Origin: Octopus vulgaris
Lineage: Eukaryota
Direction: 5' to 3'
Length of the DNA: 64,000 nucleotides
NCBI GenBank assembly: GCA_951406725.2
Contig: OX597819.1
Coordinates: 127,038,001-127,102,000 of the forward strand
The notes under the pieces are model-generated. The model was given only the letters and a program-made list of their open reading frames with translations, was not told where the DNA came from and ran no database searches. Below, piece after piece: positions 14,586-29,186 of the stretch. Both the position numbers and the translations under genes were made by a program. Each line of letters starts with the position of its first letter. The first letter of the stretch is position 1.

Positions 14586-14883
14586 CGTTTCCGTTACAGG
14601 CAGAACTTTTTTTTTTCCTTCTCGAGTCATGCCTGGCTCATAAGGGCCGGTTTCCCGGCGTATAGGTTCCCCACCTGGACGGGAGCTGCAACATGCAGGA
14701 GGAAAGACTGAGAGAACGTTGTGGCGAAAGAGTCAGCAGAAGTTTCGCCATTACTTTCTGCCGGAGCCGCATGGAGTTTAGGTGTTTCGCTCATAAACAC
14801 ACGCAACATCCGGTCTGAGTTTCGACCTCGCGATCCCTCGACCACGAGTCCGTTGCTCTAACCACTGGGCCATTGCGCCTCCA
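14586..14883 (-). mobile_element. tRNA-derived SINE (family C)
   Basis: The reverse complement begins GGAGGCGCAATGGCCCAGTGGTTAGAGCAACGGACTCG and ends in an A-rich tail. Confidence 0.82.
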
Positions 14884-16030
14884 CAGTTAGAACTAATCCA
14901 CTTCACTTACTCATTTCACTTGATATTTCAGGTTAGTTGACATTTCCTACACCGATTTTACTGGTCTGATTTTTTTTTACCAACCCACTTGACAATGGCT
15001 TTGCCAAAATTCGACCTGCCCATAATATACAACAGGTAAAACGCTTTATGCACTCTTTGAATCACTTTACATGGTGATCACTTGTATCCCAATCGGACCT
15101 ATCCATGCAACACATGGTCTGGATTTTCATGGGGATGGCCCGTGTTTTTCTTTCGGGTTTAGTTTATCTAAAACTACATCAATCCGTTTCGTCTGAATAA
15201 CTTCGTATAACTCTGTGATTCTGAAATATTTATGTGTGTACTTATCTCCATTGCTTAATGCTTAACTAATAGACATGTCGGAGTTCTCTAAATTGGTTCC
15301 TAGGGCAAGAATTGTCATTAGCGCTAAGGCTTTTCGTACTATGTATGCAATATCAACTGCTTTAGAATTACATTCTAATTTCTGCATTAGGTACGTTAGT
15401 TAGCTCGCAATAAAATTTACATGACTGGATGGTAGCAGAATTTTTGCATGAAAGGAATTACGTAAGTTGATCTATTTAATCTTGTTATAATAATAATGAT
15501 GACAGAAAATAATAATAAAAGAAAAGAAAAGAATTGGAAATAAATTGAAATAGTGACTATTTGATCGTCAACTCTAATTATATGAAGGCAATGGCTGAGT
15601 TGATAAGGAGTTCGCTTCGTAAACAGTTGATTACAGATTCAATTCCACAAGCAGCACCATGAAGATATACTAGGTTTTTCAGAAAAATAAATCAACCAAC
15701 TAACTCGCACATTATAAATACAATCTTTAAGAGGAACAGTAAAGAAATGCAAGACTTTTCTCAAGTTTAAACTGTGACATAATTTTTATCTCCATTCCCA
15801 CGATGGAGGTGTTTTTATCTTTGTTAGGAACAAGACCCTTCCTCCGTGGGAAACATTTAAATAATTAAAAACAGGAGAGCATATATACATGCATACATAC
15901 ATGCATACACACACGTACGTACATACAAACGTACGTACATAATACATACATACATACATACATACATACATACATACATGCATGCATGCATACATACATA
16001 CATACATACATACATACATACATACATACA

Positions 16031-16061
<31 letters not shown>

Positions 16062-16288
16062 GTCATGTGCTCAGGCTGTCGCAAGAGCTCTATCCTAATA
16101 TACAGCTGGTCCTGATTTGACTGTAGGACATTTCTTGCACAACTAGATAGATAGTTAAAAAGAAAGCGATAAATAAAAGGACCTGGTAACTTATTGATAC
16201 TGATAGGACGAAATGCAAAGACCTAAGTCAAAATAGTTGGAGGCATTTTGAACGCAAGAGCTGTGAGCTGCAATGATTACCCAATTTA

Positions 16289-16338
<50 letters not shown>

Positions 16339-16413
16339 GTGTGTGTGTTTGTGTGCGTGTGTGTGTGTGTGTGTGTGTATGTGTGCGTGTGTGTGCGCGT
16401 GCGCGCGCGTGTA

Positions 16414-16745
16414 AGCGCAATGGCCCAGTGGTTAGGGCAGCAGAATCGCGGTTTCGATTCCCAGACCGGGCATTGTGAGTGTTTATTGAGTGAAAACACC
16501 TAAAGCTCCACGAGGCCCCGGCAGGGGTGGTGGTGAACCCTGCAGTACTCTTTCTCTCACTCTTTGTTCCTGTTTCTGTCGCACCTGTATTTCAAAGGGC
16601 CAGCTTTGTCATACCCTGTGTCACGCTGAATCTCCACGGGAACTCCGTTAAGGGTACACGTGTCTGTGGAGTGCTCAGCCACTTGCACGTTAATTTCACG
16701 AGCAGGCTGTTCCGTTGATCGGATCAACTGGAACACTCGTCGTCA
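16414..16745 (+). mobile_element. tRNA-derived SINE (family C)
   Basis: gcgcaatggcccagtggttagggcagc...aacacctaaagctccacgagg is shared with the copy at 3066. Confidence 0.85.
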
Positions 16746-16759
16746 GCAGAATTTGCTGA

Positions 16760-17112
16760 ATAAGTGAGTAGAATTATGATTTTACATCTTTTTACATCTT
16801 TTTAACCCCGAAACGCGTATATAGTTAATCAAAGCCGGGTGGATTCGTTATTTTTTTCTCTTTACCTGTGAGTTGTAGAGTATTGCTGTCTGGGAGATAT
16901 TTTATGGTAGTAGAATAGCATTTTAACTACTATTTCTAAATTTCGGTTTGTGGTGAAGCAAATTCTGCTGTATACTTATAATTATAGAATTTTTGTATAA
17001 GTTTACCGATAGAATTTTTGTATAAGTTTACCGATAATGGTTCTTTTAACATACCGAACTACTTGGTAAAATTATTAATTGATTAATTAATTTTACCCTT
17101 TATTATTATTAA
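16760..17112 (+). mobile_element. Penelope pLTR-like fragment with the 3' half of an HHR; homologous to 37510-37812
   Basis: Contains cGAAA-CGCG-TA (palindromic stem III). It shares gtctgggagat...tttctaaa.ttcggt.tgtgg and ggtaaaattattaa...ttttacccttta with the 37.5 kb element. Confidence 0.55.
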
Positions 17113-17301
17113 TAATATAATTCACTCCCTTGGTCTTCTCTGCCTGAAACATTTGTTATTTTTGTTACTGCTTTCACCGCCATGTCTCACACCTTGTTTA
17201 CGTCAATGTCAAGGTCAGAGCGCTTTGATACAAAATCTGAACGCGATAGAATATAATGGATCCTGAATTTGAATTCAATAATTTGAATTTAGTAGGAAAT
17301 A

Positions 17302-17442
17302 TTAGGTTGTCCCAAAAGTTCGTAAACACTTGCGAAAGTTGAAATTTTACTCGCCAAGTACTAACAAAAACAACAAAAATTATTCCTCAAAATAAAGACC
17401 ATTATTTTCCAAGACTTTCTACGAACTTTTGGGACAACCTTA
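17302..17442 (-). mobile_element. 141-bp mariner-derived MITE
   Basis: TIRs aggttgtcccaaaagttcgta / tacgaacttttgggacaacct with TA flanks. The minus strand retains the transposase end KVLENNGLYFEE*. Confidence 0.85.
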
Positions 17443-17919
17443 TATTTCAATAACAGAAAAATAGTTAAAATTTGTTGCTTAGTTTTACCAAGGGGCTTCT
17501 AACTGTCATTATCCCCTTTTGCTATGACATACTATATGATATCTGTCCTTTGTTTTCGTTCTTTCTGAAGAAGGTAGCGTGTGACTTGGGAGAGATTTGT
17601 TCTTCATTTTTAGCTGGCCGAATGACCATGTAGATGCTTCATGCTTGATTTATATAACTTTATTTTTGTTTAATCCAGGTCTGTCTCCAACCAACATAAC
17701 CCCAATCAGAAGCACTCCCTTGTATTGTATGTTAGGCGTAACAGTTCTTCTTACGAAGTGAATTACATAATGTCTTCTCTTGCCACCCAACAAGACAGTA
17801 AGAAGACATTACTTTTCTTGCAGGTTGAGTCATCATGTGTATTCCCCTTATAATGACTGATAGAGGAAAATGAATAAAGAAACCACCAATGATGATTAGC
17901 CGCAATGGGAAACAATGCT

Positions 17920-18320
17920 TACTCTTTTACTCTTTTACTTGTTTCAGTCATTTGAGTGCGGCCATGCTGGAGCACCGCCTTTTAGTCGAGCAAACCGACC
18001 CCGGGACTTATTATTTTGTAAGCCCAGTACTTATTCTATCGGTCTCTTTTGCCGAACCGCTAAGTGACGGGGACGTAAACACACCAGCATCAGTTGTCAA
18101 GCAATGCTAGGGGGACAAACACAGACACACAAACACACACACACATACATATATATATATGTACATATATACGACAGGCTTCTTTCAGTTTCCGTCTACC
18201 AAATCCACTCACAAGGCATTGGTCGGCCCGGGGCTTTAGCAGAAGACACTTGCCCAAGATGCCACGCAGTGGGACAGAACCCGGAACCATGTGGTTGGTT
18301 AGCAAGCTACTTACCACACA
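17920..18320 (-). mobile_element. SINE family B (internal microsatellite, gtaaaaga tail)
   Basis: Homologous to the copies at 28757, 44057 and 53109. Confidence 0.88.
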
Positions 18321-18322
18321 TC

Positions 18323-18488
18323 ATTGTTCGATCGTGGTCGAGACAATGGAATATACTATGTTACGCCAGACTTCACGGTCCATCATAGCATTACGGAGGT
18401 CCTGTTGTTGGATACCTGTATCCCTGGAGATTACATCAGGGTAGGAGAGTGTGCGCCCTCTGGTATCGCGAGCAGATGGCTTCCAGAT
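18323..18488 (-). mobile_element. RTE-like LINE 3' end fragment
   Basis: Near-identical to 58396-58520 (WKPSARDTRGRTLSYPDVISRDTG). Confidence 0.8.
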
Positions 18489-19096
18489 TAAAATGCTTCT
18501 AACTGAATGGATTCAATTTTAAGCTGGATGAGAAACAGAAACCTTTAGAATTCCTATCCTATTTTTGAAAAAGATTAGAAAAACATCAGCCTTTCAAAGC
18601 TAAAAATTGCTTGAATGTAAAATAGTGGGTAATTCGAAGTTACTATTATTTTACTTTCCTTTTTTTCGTTCATAGTTTCCGTCAATGAACTGCGGACATA
18701 CCAGGGCCCCAGGGCCTTGATTTCAACGCCTTTAGCCAACCACATCGACTCCAGTGCATCTTTTATTATTTTCTGTTATTTATCGAAATTAGGGTGATAG
18801 TTTAGTAGAATCATTTGAACGTCAGAAAAAAATGCATCGTAGCTCATTGCATTCTCAGTTCAAATTCACTGCAATTCAAATTGCACGTTAAATACTTTGT
18901 TTGATTCCTTTATAATCATTAAAAAAACTGTGAGGAGGACTCGTATTTGTAGTCTAAATATTATTCGGTTGGTTGGACACTCTATTGTTGGATAGGTCAC
19001 AGAGTACATATAGAAATATAAAAAAGCTCATAAAACTTTTTGTTTTGCTTTATATATTCATACATTCCTATATATATGAACTATAAAATAAAATAA

Positions 19097-19131
<35 letters not shown>

Positions 19132-19192
19132 TGTATGTATGCATGTATGTATATATATATATACATATATATATACATATATATATATACAC

Positions 19193-19279
<87 letters not shown>

Positions 19280-19297
19280 TATACATAAATATATATA

Positions 19298-19328
<31 letters not shown>

Positions 19329-19483
19329 GTATGCATACATAGATACATATATATATATATGTATATATACATACATACATGCATGCACATATATATATAT
19401 ATATATATTGAAATTGTAAAACAAGAAAAGAATGAAAGAGACCTCGATATTATGTAAATAGAGGAATTGTTACATATTATATT

Positions 19484-19557
<74 letters not shown>

Positions 19558-19589
19558 CGCACATATTCATACATATCAATATATCTAGT

Positions 19590-22500
19590 TTTCTTGGGCC
19601 AATAGGTGGGGGTAGTGCAGTGCAAGCTACACCTACAGAAAATTATTCATCTGCACAGGTACATTTTGTACACCAAATTTTAGTAAAATCATTGAAAGTG
19701 CACTTGCAACTTACTCTGAAGTGTTTCAAACAGATTCGGCAACAGGTTTTGCACGACAGGTGTCCAAGTGCGTTACAGGCTGGGCCCAGGCGTCATCTTG
19801 CCACCGTTGTCAAACAATCTTCAAGAAGAAGAAAGAATAAACATCCTCTGAAATTTTTGCTGTTGGAATCTGCGCATGTGTCTAGATGATAATTTCAAAA
19901 AGTGCCAGGAAGGAGTACTGCATTTATTGAATGTGATGTCAAAAGGTATTCCCTTGTGAGCTCTCTGAAACTCGTCTCTCCGGTCAGGGTCAAATAAATG
20001 AATCTACTTATGAATATGCTATTCTCTGGAGAGACCAACATGAGGGTCAGCGTAGAGAATCTGGTGCTGGGTTTGCCCTCAAGAATTCATTGGTATCCTC
20101 CATTGTAGAATTTCCAAGTGGTATATCTGACCGAACCATGTCATGCCGCATAAAACTTACAAAAGTTAGATTTCTTACTGCTGTCAGCATTTATGCACCA
20201 ACAATTTCTGATGGAACTGTAGGACAGTTTCACGATGATCTAGCACAATTATTGAGGAAAGTACCAAGTTCTGACAAACTGGTCATATTGAGATATTTCA
20301 ACGAAAGAGCTACTCCATTTTTATTACATTTTCCAATCCCATGTCGGCCCACAACAAGATATGCCGACATGGGATTGAAAGATATGATAAAAATTGAGTA
20401 ACTCTTTTGACGTTTTGTACTGAGAATAATCTAGTTTTTAGTAAGACTCTGTGTAAGCGCCCAAGATCTAAGTACTGGCATCTCATAGATTTTGATCAGA
20501 AAGTGTGATGTGAAAGATGTTTCTAGTGTTCGGTCCATGAGAGGAGCAGAAAGCTAGACTGACCATCATCTAGTGCATGGAGAAATGAATTTTTCGATAA
20601 TGCCTAAAAGTCGACAGTCTGGTTCCACGGTACCAAAAATGTTAAATGTTGCAAAGTTTAAATTATCAACCAGCTTGCAAAGATTCCACGATCCTATAGA
20701 AAGTATAAATCTTGATCCAAACAATCTACGGGAAGATTTCAGAACAAAAGTATTTCAGGTTTCAAATTCTTCAATGGAATTTAAATCATCTAAATCCAGT
20801 GACTGGTTTTCAGACAAATCACCAGAAATTCATTATCTACTTTTAGAAAAACAAAACTTAGACAATGTACTTCTTTCTTAGCCCGTGAACCCCAACTCAA
20901 ACGAAGCTTACAGGAAACAGAAAGAGAAAGTGCTGACTGCCCTAAGGAAAATTAAACAGGAATGGTGGAATGAAAGAACAAAAGGGGCACAAGAAGCAAC
21001 TGACGGAAAGGATCTCAAGGCTTTGTACTCTTGTGTTAAGAAGGTATATGGCCCCAAATCTTTTCCAACACCTCCAGTGAGACCAGCAGATGGACATTTG
21101 ATTTTGACTGACACCGCTTCTATTCGTAAGCGCTGAGTAGAACATTTTTCTGCACTTTTGAATAGACCATCATCCGTTGACATGAGGATTTTAGAAAAAA
21201 AATCGAACACCTTCCAGTTATAGAGGAGATGGCTTTTGAACCAATTCTAAATGACACTTATCTAGCTGTGAATTAGCTGAATAACAATAAGTCTCCAGGG
21301 TTTGATGGAATCTGTACAGAGGTCTTGAAATATGGGGTGACTAATTGTTTGAACTCTTAAATACATTAATATGTCACTGTTGGAGAACTGAGGAAGTGCC
21401 TCAAGACTGGATTGATGCCATCTTAGTCTCCTTGTATAAACCAGGGACAAATGGTCTGTGTGGTAGTTTTCGTGGGATTTTGCTTTTCCCTGTAGTTGGA
21501 AAGGTATTTGCTCGCATTCTGTTGTAACGTTTAAATACCTTCATTGTTCCAAATATAGTGTCTGAGTCTCAATGAGGTTTTCGCTCCTCCAGAGGTACAG
21601 TTGATGGTAACTTTACAATCAGACAATTGTCCTATACCACTGCTTTGTTGATTTAAGCAAGGCATTCGATACTGTTAATCGAAATGCTCTGTGGCTAATT
21701 CTAAGGAAAATAGGTTACCCAGAAAAATTTTGTAAACATGAACAGGGCTTTGCACCAAGATATAAAGGCTAAAATTAAAGGCTTTCTTGATCCTTTGCCG
21801 TGGAAAATGGTGTAAAGCAAGGAAACCTTGATGCATCCACGCCCTTTGCAATATACTTTACTGTTGTGCTGTCACACGCTTTTCAAATCTCCAAGGAGGG
21901 TATTTGCATAAAATATCGAATGTTTTTAATCTGACCAGACTAAAATTCAAAACAAAGTTTTTTTACTTTACTCATTAGAGAACATTCATATGCTGAGATT
22001 TGCGATCCAGTCAGTCACTCTGAAACAGGCCTGCAATCTCTTGTATCTGCATTTCTCTCAGCTTGTAATGATTTTGGCTTGAATATGAATTAATAAAAAA
22101 ACAGTTGTAATGTATCAACTTGCAAGTGGTGCTTGTTTGCAACCTTGATGAAATTCCCTTATGGGTAAGTTGTTCATTCTTTTATCTACCTCACAAGCTC
22201 TGTACAAAATGGTGGACACAAAAATACATCTGCGAATTCAAAGGGAAGCCCAAACATTTGGTGGTTTGCAGCCACACGTTTGGGACCAACGATATACAAA
22301 TAACAACATAAAATTGGCTCTTTACAAATCGTTTGTTTTACCATCCCTGTTGTATTCCTCCGAAATGTGGATGTGTTATGAAAAACGTTTCAATTTGTTA
22401 GAAGGATTCCACCAAAAATTCCTTCGCCACATAATAAACATTACATGGGTCTCTTTTACTCAGACACAGAAGTCCCTGCATCTGCAGACATCACTTCAAT

Positions 22501-23197
22501 TAAATCAATGATTCTAAAAATAAAAAATGGGATGGTCTGGTTATATACTTCAAATGGCAGGTGAACACACCCAAATAACTGTTTTGTGGTGAGCTTTGGA
22601 GGGAAAATGCAATCGGTGTAAATCTAGAAAGAGCTTTATGGACTGCATAACGACTATCATCAAATCACTTGGAATGGACCCAAAGGACATAGAAACCCTT
22701 GCTTCGGATCGAGCTGGATGGCAAACAAAACTGTAGATTGGAGTGAAAGCTTTTGAGGAGGTCAGGATAACAAATGCAACACTCAAGAGAGATTTAAACA
22801 AGAATGTTGCGATCAACGAGACGGTGAATCGCGGCGAACTTTTTATGTGTACAGTCTGTGACAGACCATGTCTTTCTTTTGCTGGGCTCAAATCTCATTT
22901 GCAGACACATGAAAAGCGAACCTCCACTAACTACTCTACCTCTATATATCTATGCACATCTTTCAATGCCATGTATGCCATAAGGTCTGCAAATTTAACG
23001 GAGACTTCGAAAGATATTTTAAGATCCCCGAAGATCAGAACTTAACTGCAGCTCATGGTGGTCCAAATCATATACGCAATCTATGTGGGTGTATTCTCAA
23101 TACATTGACTGGTTTAAAAAGCTACATTAGACACCATGATGCATCTAAGGTGTAAGTACAAGGGGTGGTCAGACTGCATAAAGGGTAGACAAACACC
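19590..23197 (+). mobile_element. Near full-length decayed RTE-clade LINE (APE endonuclease, RT, C-terminal C2H2 zinc fingers)
   Basis: EN motifs LSETRL, GAGFAL, SIYAPT and DKLVILRYFN; RT motifs KSPGFDGI, FRGILLFPVVGKVFARIL, ESQ*GFR, FVDLSKAFDTVNR and GVKQG; LLYSSEMW; zinc finger CTVCDRPCLSFAGLKSHLQTH. Many stops and frameshifts. Confidence 0.93.
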
Positions 23198-23348
23198 ATG
23201 TATGTATGCATGTATGCATGTATGTATGTATGTATGTATGTATGATTGTATGTCATTATTCAGTTTCATTTCAAACTTAAATCCAAAGGTCCTTCATTGG
23301 AATTTTAATGTAACAAGAGGGAATTTTTGTTTGTATGTATGTATATGT

Positions 23349-23439
<91 letters not shown>

Positions 23440-23552
23440 GCCTGCTCGCTTAGCCAGCGGGGCGGCGTCATTCAAAGGCTAAAACAATGCGAACGCATTG
23501 TGATCAGCTATATGTAGCAACATCTGATGGTGTGGTCAGTCACGTGATCACT

Positions 23553-23612
<60 letters not shown>

Positions 23613-24090
23613 ATACATATGTAGAATTTTTCTTTTACTCGTTTTCTTTTTTTCCTTCCTTCGATTATTTCTATCTTTCCTTCTCTTCATTCTTCTAGTT
23701 GTTCCTTTTTCTAGTATTCGATCTCTCAGACTACCATGTTCACTCTGAATCGATCAGTTAGCTGTGTATATATATATTTAAGAATCTAAATGTTTCTCTG
23801 TTATTACGTACACACGTGCACATCCTCATTCACATATATGACCGCTTTTAAGCTTAAGTTCATGCTTCAAAAATGAATGTTCTATTTCTCGTGTGACATC
23901 AATATTTACGTCCAGGCCTCGAATTAGAGGGAGGGGGTTATACTTGAAAATACTTGGCATCCTAAACTGGTGGAACAGACACTCGGTAGACTTTTCTAGA
24001 AGCTGAACTGGATGTGCCAAGTAAAAAACCAGAAACGAATGAGTGCAAATATATTCGCGCTCTTATGTGTGTGAGTGCAGATGCGTACAC

Positions 24091-24151
<61 letters not shown>

Positions 24152-24355
24152 CTTATGTATATATACACAAATACAAACAAGTATAGTTCTGTGTATGCGG
24201 GTGGACAATATCTGTTGTTAATATTACCCAAAATTCTTTCTAAATTTCAACATATTCGAATGTAATTTTCAGTATTTTCTCTTCCTCACTTTTTCTGATT
24301 CTCTAAACTCATATCTTCGTATACAAACACTCACACACACACACATACACGCGCA

Positions 24356-24398
<43 letters not shown>

Positions 24399-24726
24399 GC
24401 TCCCATACTCTCTCTCTCTCTCACACACACACACCACACACCAAACGCCATATATACATACATATTGATGTATATGTCTTAGAATATATCAAAATATGTG
24501 TTTTCATGTTATATCCATGTTGCAGACGCTAGTTATGGCGGCAGTGAAATCAAAACTTTTCTCCAGAGAGCACTTGGTAATGGGTGTGCCGACAGATGAT
24601 TTAATAATAAGTTGTAACAAAAACTTATGTATATATATATAAATATCCAAGATATACTGAAAAATATTTGATGAAATTTTTATTTCATTCCACAAGTTTA
24701 TCGTATTAAGATTTTATAGTATAAAT

Positions 24727-24734
24727 TGTTGCTG

Positions 24735-24796
<62 letters not shown>

Positions 24797-24974
24797 GTTA
24801 TTATTGTTGTTGTTGTTGCTGTTGTTGTTGTTGTTATTATTATTATTAATATTATTATTATTATTATTGTTATTATTATTATTATTGTTATTGTTGTTGT
24901 TGTTGTTGTTGCTGTTGTTGTTGTTGTTATTATTATCATTATTATTGTTATTGTTGTTGTTGTTGTTGTTGTTG

Positions 24975-25037
<63 letters not shown>
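24727..25037. repeat. (TAT)n/(TGT)n trinucleotide array
   Basis: Seen directly; it produces the poly-N and poly-L pseudo-ORFs. Confidence 0.97.
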
Positions 25038-25038
<1 letters not shown>

Positions 25039-25513
25039 TTTGGAATGCGTTGTACAACCTTACAAATTGACTTTGCAAACAATGGAGGTGTTCTCGCACT
25101 GTTTGGTATAACATTCTGTGCGGACATTTTTCATTTTGGATCCCTATACACCCACATACAGTCATGCATATAATATACATACACACGCATATACACGCAC
25201 GTATATTTCTTTCTTCTTTCATTGATTGCAGTCACTGGTGGGCATCCATACTTAGGCATAATCTTTAATAGTTTTATTTGAAGATATCCATTTCTGTACT
25301 TTGTTTCTTATTTACTTTAGGCAGCTTGCAAGTGAAGACAGGCAAAGTCGACTGAGCGATAAAGGGATGTAACTGGAGTAGAACGAAATAGTTACAAGGT
25401 TAGTTTATACACCGGACGCAACAATTTTGCCGTTCCACATCAATATGCAAACATGAATAAATGAACACATACATGATGATGGCTGTCTATGCGTTCGAGG
25501 AGCATGACGATCG

Positions 25514-26016
25514 CTGGCGAGCTGGCAGAACCGTTAGCACGCCGGGCGAAATGCGTAGCCGTATTTCGTCTGCCGTTACGTTCTGAGTTCAAATTCCGCC
25601 GAGGTCGACTTTGCCTTTCGTCCTTTCGGGATTGATTAAATAAGTGCAAGTTACGCACTGGGGTCGATGTAATCGACTTAATCCATTTGTCTGTCCTTGA
25701 TTGTCCCCTCTGTTTAGCCCCTTGTGGGTAGTAAAGAAAGAGGTAGTTAGATAAATGCGGCGAGCTGGCAGAATCGTTAGCACAATGGGGCGGTGAGCTG
25801 GCGGAACCGTTAGCACGCAGGGCGAAATGCGTAGCCGTATTTCGTCTGCCGTTACGTTCTGAGTTCAAATTCCGCCGAGGTCGAATTTGCCTTTCATCCT
25901 TTCGGGGTCGATAAATTAAGTACCAGTTATGCACTGGGGTCGATGTAATCGACTTAATCCGTTTGTCTGTCCTTGTTTGTCCCCTCTGTGTTTAGCCCCT
26001 TGTGGGCAATAAAGAA
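25514..26016 (+). mobile_element. Two tandem SINE family A copies with a short head fragment between them
   Basis: Head ggcgagctggcagaa occurs at ~25516, ~25759 and, as a variant, ~25792. Full tails end at ~25740 and ~26016. Confidence 0.88.
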
Positions 26017-28756
26017 ACAGATAGTTGTGTCAGCAATGCTCATGCGATTGTTTTAAGTCGAATGTGGCTTGAACAACACCACAACGATTCTCACTAGCAA
26101 TACCAAGATGCCCAGAGCAAGTGGATTTTAATTTACTAGTTTGTCTTACCCTAGAGGGATACCTTGAAAAAGGCCAGGGGTCCTCATTCCCAGTGAGTGT
26201 ACTCTGCCCTTGGACATCCAAGTGTTTCTACATCCTGGTGACTACCTACACGCTGTACATGTATACATGCATATATGCACATCGTTCAATGGTCGTTCAA
26301 TTTCTCGAATTCTTTCGACCTTTGACGGGTTTTTTTCTTGTCCCGCATATCATCCAAATTCCTCTCCTCACCATGCATGCTTGGTGAGGTTCTCAGTTAC
26401 CAAAATTCAAAGCTCATCTGGAGACGATTTTGATTAAGAACTTCTGCCAATGTGGCAGAAAATAATCCAGCTAAGGCTGGCAAGATCTGTGTATCTGAGT
26501 CCTATATCAACATAACGATATGTCAATTCACCTGAATATTTCAAATCCATAGAAATTATGTTTATTTACCATGTGACAGGTTCTAGTGAGTTACATATTA
26601 CCAGTAGCCCCTACATCTATACATACATAATACATACATACAGACAGACAAAGTATAGTTTTAATTCTTTTAAACTCATCGTGTTCTTTACCTTGTTACC
26701 TTGCCTTAATTCTTACCCCATTTTAAAATGTTCTATCGGGGTGATATCCTTAGAATATTTTCTGCGAAGTTGCATATTGTTTTATTTACATTTGAGTATG
26801 AACCATATGTGTATATGCATATGTCCTTTTTCTTTCCCTTTTTTTGTTTGTTGTTTTCTAATGATCTAGCAACAACATGTTTTGCTAATGAGACCGAAAC
26901 ATAACCGGTGTTTCCACTTTCTCTGCCAAAGATGAGGCTATTCTTTTCTCTCACCACATTGCCTACATTTTCTTTAATTAATTAGAATTCTGCTTTGTCA
27001 ACGAATTCCAAAGAAAATTCTAAATTAAACATTTTTATTTTGAGCTCTCCTCTTCGTTACGTTGTCTTGAATACTGTTGAACGATATTTTCCACAATATA
27101 TATAAATTAGAGATTCAACGTTTTATAAATGTTCATATTTGTTAGTTTAATGTATAAACTTAAATCCCTTCATAGCTTCGTTTCATTATTTTAAATATTT
27201 CGCTCCATAACACCCAAATTATTTCATTATATCAAAATTTCGATTGCCTTCGATTTTGTTCCATAATTAAAGTTGCTTAAAGCGTTACTCGAAAATACAT
27301 CTTGACAAAGATAATATCTTTATTAAGCAATGATGGCTATACTGCTTGTTGTATAGAAGATGATGATGATAAGGAAGGGAATAAAGGACGACATGGAAAA
27401 TACAAACCCGTAACAATTTTACCATATCTAGTCCAATGAATCATTTATCAAATGTGTGCGTGTGTATGTGTGTGTGTGTGTAAGTATATGTATATGTATA
27501 TATCTAGAATAGCCACAAATCTACATCTCTATCATTTCTTCATTCTCTCACTGATAGTTACAATGCATATAAAATTGCTTGATCCATCATATGTAACGCA
27601 CCATTATATAGATATTGTGATAGGCGGTGTGGGTTCTGTGTATGTAAGGCGTTCCATATTAGTAAAATTAAATCGATTATTATTAATAAGCCTGACGAAT
27701 TGCTTATACGATGCCAGCATCTTAAGAACAAATCGTTCTTATATGCTAGTTATATAATGTACCAGGAATACACTAATAAACCTTAAATCTTTGATCAATG
27801 CAATTGGATATTCTCCTATCCAATGATGACCAAATTGTGATAGATAATGTATTAAACCATATTCTAACATTCTAAAGTTATGTAACGCTACTTAACGATA
27901 TATAGATATTTAACACATCCACCCATCAATCCATATATACATATCTTCATAAATAAATACATATAATGTCAGAGAGCTTCATACACACATACAAACACCC
28001 ATACATATACGCAAAAATACACAGTATATAACGCACGCATCAGATTCATACGCACACGCTTTGTCCAATACACACACCGACCAAAAAAACAGGAAACACA
28101 CTTGCTCACCAACATACACGTACGCACAAATACATACAATATACAGGAACACAATAGCGTCATACACGCACCTGTATGCTCACATCCATATGTCCGGTAG
28201 CCTTTTACACACATACACACGTAAACAGGAAATAAAAATATTCCTACACGCCCAATTACACGTTTGATAGCCTCATATACACACATATATAGCAGATAGC
28301 CCCCCCCCCCACAAACACACACCCATGTATACGCACACACACACATTGAAGCCCACATTTTTTCATACACACACACATACGCTTTCGCACACTCCCGCAA
28401 ACACAGATAACATATATAATAATAATATCAAGGTCAACATTCTGCCTAAAAGTGAAACTGCAGATACAATATCCCTGCATATCTCACGTCTGTTAGTCTC
28501 TATTTCATATCTTCTCTAGAATAACTACTGGTTAACCATTTTCTCACACCGTCTCCGATGAAGCTATCAATTCCCTGATCATATGCTAGAACTCATAAAT
28601 TCACACCACCCCTAAGTTAACAAGCAACTCATAATTCTTGATATACCTTAATTTGCATATTCATAACGTTCTAAATTCTCAAAGTAGTGATATATTGAAT
28701 ATCTATTACACTTTCGGATATTAAAAAAAAAAAATAAATAAAAAAATAAAAACGGA

Positions 28757-29186
28757 TAGGCGCAGGAGTGGCTGTGTGGTAAGTAGCTTGATTACGAACC
28801 ACATGGTTCCGGGCTCAGTCCCACTGCGTGACACCTTGGGCAAGTGTCTTCTACTATAGCTTCGAGCCAACCAAAGCCTTGTGAGTGGATTTGGTAGAAG
28901 GAAACTGAAAGAAACTCGTCATATATATGTATATATATATATGTATGTGTGTGTATATGTTTGTGTGTCTGTGTTTGTCATCCCAACATCGCTTGACAAC
29001 CGATGCTGGTATGTTTACATCCCCGTAACTTAGCGGTTCGGCAAAAGAGACCGATAGAATAAGTATTAGGATAACAAAGAATAAATCCTGGGATCGATTT
29101 GCTCGACTAAAGGCGGTACCCCAGCATGACAGCAGTCAAATGACTGAAACAAGTAAAAGAGAAAAAGAGTAAAAAGAGTAAAAAGA
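28757..29186 (+). mobile_element. SINE family B, full length
   Basis: Head aggcgcaggagtggctgtgtggtaagtagc, motif ccttgggcaagtgtctt, internal TA/TG tract and (gtaaaaaga)n tail. Confidence 0.9.

Noticed and set aside
14930-15200. Possible Gypsy gag/pol relics (also 29200-29540) and LINE relics at 26030-26520 and 52070-52760
   Set aside because: Only a vague resemblance; no motif could be read with confidence.
24698-25222. Poly-Asn / poly-Leu ORFs, and the poly-Ser/Gly ORF at 46474
   Set aside because: Trinucleotide microsatellites with no domain context.
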